Shown: positions 47,566 to 48,698 of the stretch, piece by piece | How the letters are laid out: every line of letters begins with the position of its first letter | Position numbering within the stretch: position 1 is the stretch's first letter | Origin: a virus | Lineage: Duplodnaviria; Caudoviricetes | Direction: 5' to 3' (one strand) | Virus record (IMG/VR): IMGVR_UViG_3300030331_006290 | Span: 1-48,698 of that record | Length of the DNA: 48,698 nucleotides | Notes under the pieces: generated by a model | What the model saw: only the letters and a program-made list of their open reading frames with translations | Database searches by the model: none | Told to the model about the DNA's origin: nothing | Program-made: the position numbers and the translations under genes

Positions 47566-47571
47566 TTACAC
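47566..47571 (-). promoter_or_regulatory. GTGTAA motif overlapping the upstream stop codon
   Basis: Minus strand AAA GTG TAA TTAAGTAAG ATG; motif ends 9 nt before the start. Confidence 0.5.
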
Positions 47572-48696
47572 TTTTAATGGTTCAATTTCTAACCTATCTA
47601 TGTCTTTACGTTCTCCGTAGACTACATAATCGTAAGAACCCTCAACTCCTCCAATTTTTATTAATTTATTTGATTTTTTAATGATAAATAAGTCCTGTTT
47701 TTTGCCAATCGGTGTCAAAACAACAGTTATAGATTCATCATGCACAAGCTCTGACCAGTATTCTGGAAGCTCTATTATTGCTTCATTTGTAGTTCCTCTG
47801 ACATAAACTCCGTTTTCTGGACCCTCTAAAGATGCGTACTGGAGTTTTTTGTTTTCTTTTGTTGGGTGGTCGATTAAGAAAGACTTACTTGTAGCAGAGA
47901 AGTGGCCGACAACATCAAGAGCGTTGCTTGGACTGGTTGTGCCTATACCAACATTACCATCGGAAGCAATCCGCATTATTTCAGAAGTTTCGTTGGATGT
48001 AAATATTAAATTTCTTTGACCTATAATATTTAAATCATTATTTGATCCTTCTGTTTTAACAACTGATTCAGCACCATTATTCTTAAGAGCTACTCCATTT
48101 GCATTTATTCTTACATATTTTGAATCATCATCCTTACCTACATAAAACGGGTATGCGGTATTGCTAGTTCCTGGGTAATCTAATCTGAATCCATTATTAT
48201 TAACAGTTGATACAAGTGAAAGTAAGTTTGATGGATCAGTTGTCCCTATACCAACATTGCCACCTTTTGACATATCAATGGTCATGGCTGTTATACCAAC
48301 ACCATTATCAAAGCCTTTAAATACTATATCTTTATCATTAGTTGAAGCATGAATTTCTAAATTTTGACTATTATTTGTAATTTTACCAAAAGTAGAACCA
48401 GCGTCTTTAAATAATATATCATTACCTTCTGCATCAAGAATAATATCTCCTGCTGAATCGATTTCAAAGTCACCTGCGGCGACATTAATTTCGCCTTTAG
48501 CACTATTATGAAAGATCTGCATATTATTAGCATCACCAAACTGTAGTTGAGCTGAATCGCTATCTAAATGAATGCTATTAGTTGTAGTCGCTCCATTATT
48601 AGTAACTTGTTGTAGAGTTCCAACAGATCCTGGAGCTAAAGAGTCACCAGAAAGCATATAAGGTATATTATCTTTTGTGATACGATTACCATCACC
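47566..48696 (-). CDS. Second tail fibre-like protein, 5'-truncated by the window
   Basis: Frame is open to the window edge (GDGNRITKDNIPYMLSG...); TLQQVTNNG, two GNVGIGTT repeats, paralogous KSFLIDHP...LEGPENGVYVRG C-terminal domain. Confidence 0.8.
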   Translation of the reverse strand, partial: GDGNRITKDNIPYMLSGDSLAPGSVGTLQQVTNNGATTTNSIHLDSDSAQLQFGDANNMQIFHNSAKGEINVAAGDFEIDSAGDIILDAEGNDILFKDAGSTFGKITNNSQNLEIHASTNDKDIVFKGFDNGVGITAMTIDMSKGGNVGIGTTDPSNLLSLVSTVNNNGFRLDYPGTSNTAYPFYVGKDDDSKYVRINANGVALKNNGAESVVKTEGSNNDLNIIGQRNLIFTSNETSEIMRIASDGNVGIGTTSPSNALDVVGHFSATSKSFLIDHPTKENKKLQYASLEGPENGVYVRGTTNEAIIELPEYWSELVHDESITVVLTPIGKKQDLFIIKKSNKLIKIGGVEGSYDYVVYGERKDIDRLEIEPLKV

Positions 48697-48698
48697 TG

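Noticed and set aside
43700-48270. Regularly recurring ~20-nt repeats resembling a CRISPR array
   Set aside because: Degenerate, spaced about 200-350 bp apart, and in-frame coding for GNVGIGT motifs.
793-48539. Short antisense and alternate-frame ORFs in the track (e.g. 793-999, 5516-5722, 24488-24778, 36422-36703, 46277-46582)
   Set aside because: Shadows of longer motif-bearing genes, with no recognisable features.
1-48698. Stop-codon reassignment
   Set aside because: Genes are intact in code 11 and TAA, TAG and TGA all end genes at coupled junctions.
1-48698. Bacterial chromosome or eukaryotic giant-virus origin
   Set aside because: Divergent compact replication genes, tail fibres and absence of housekeeping operons argue against a chromosome; DnaE, DnaG, sigma factor and overlapping operons argue against a giant virus.
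43333-48698. Diversity-generating retroelement or shufflon acting on the fibres
   Set aside because: No reverse transcriptase, recombinase, inverted cassettes or adenine-specific template/variable repeat pair visible.
1-48698. tRNA or other structured RNA genes
   Set aside because: Intergenic gaps are too short or too AT-rich and no cloverleaf was recognised; a covariance-model scan was not run.

Overview
AT-rich, gene-dense segment of a large dsDNA tailed phage, probably marine. A PVC-group or Bacteroidota host is inferred, not shown. There are no rRNA, tRNA, ribosomal-protein, CRISPR or integrase genes. Left to right: (1) the 3' part of a virion/adhesin-like gene; (2) a minus-strand block of FmdB-like protein, Hsp20, glycosyltransferase (GT), SSB and sigma-70-family factor; (3) a structured AT-rich divergent intergenic region (candidate origin); (4) class Ia RNR (nrdB-nrdA); (5) a ~15 kb glycan/nucleotide-sugar cluster (GTs, wecB, UXS-like, ugd-like, GME-like, gmd, DegT-like, FkbM, CapK-like, HisC-like, one internally deleted epimerase); (6) a replication block with RecA, nucleases, DnaB, DnaG and a family-C polymerase split into PHP, DEDDh exonuclease and catalytic-core genes; (7) a ClpA/C ATPase, a pseudo-kinase and a basic modular protein with a -1 frame extension; (8) a Whirly-like protein, two GTs (one with a zinc ribbon), an annealing-protein candidate and a GNAT; (9) two minus-strand GNVGIGT-repeat tail-fibre genes. 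Best leads: a possible DNA-glycosylation module, a recurrent GTGTAA promoter-like motif paired with the phage sigma factor, the tripartite polymerase, and the A9 frameshift. All family assignments come from motif recognition by eye; no searches were run.
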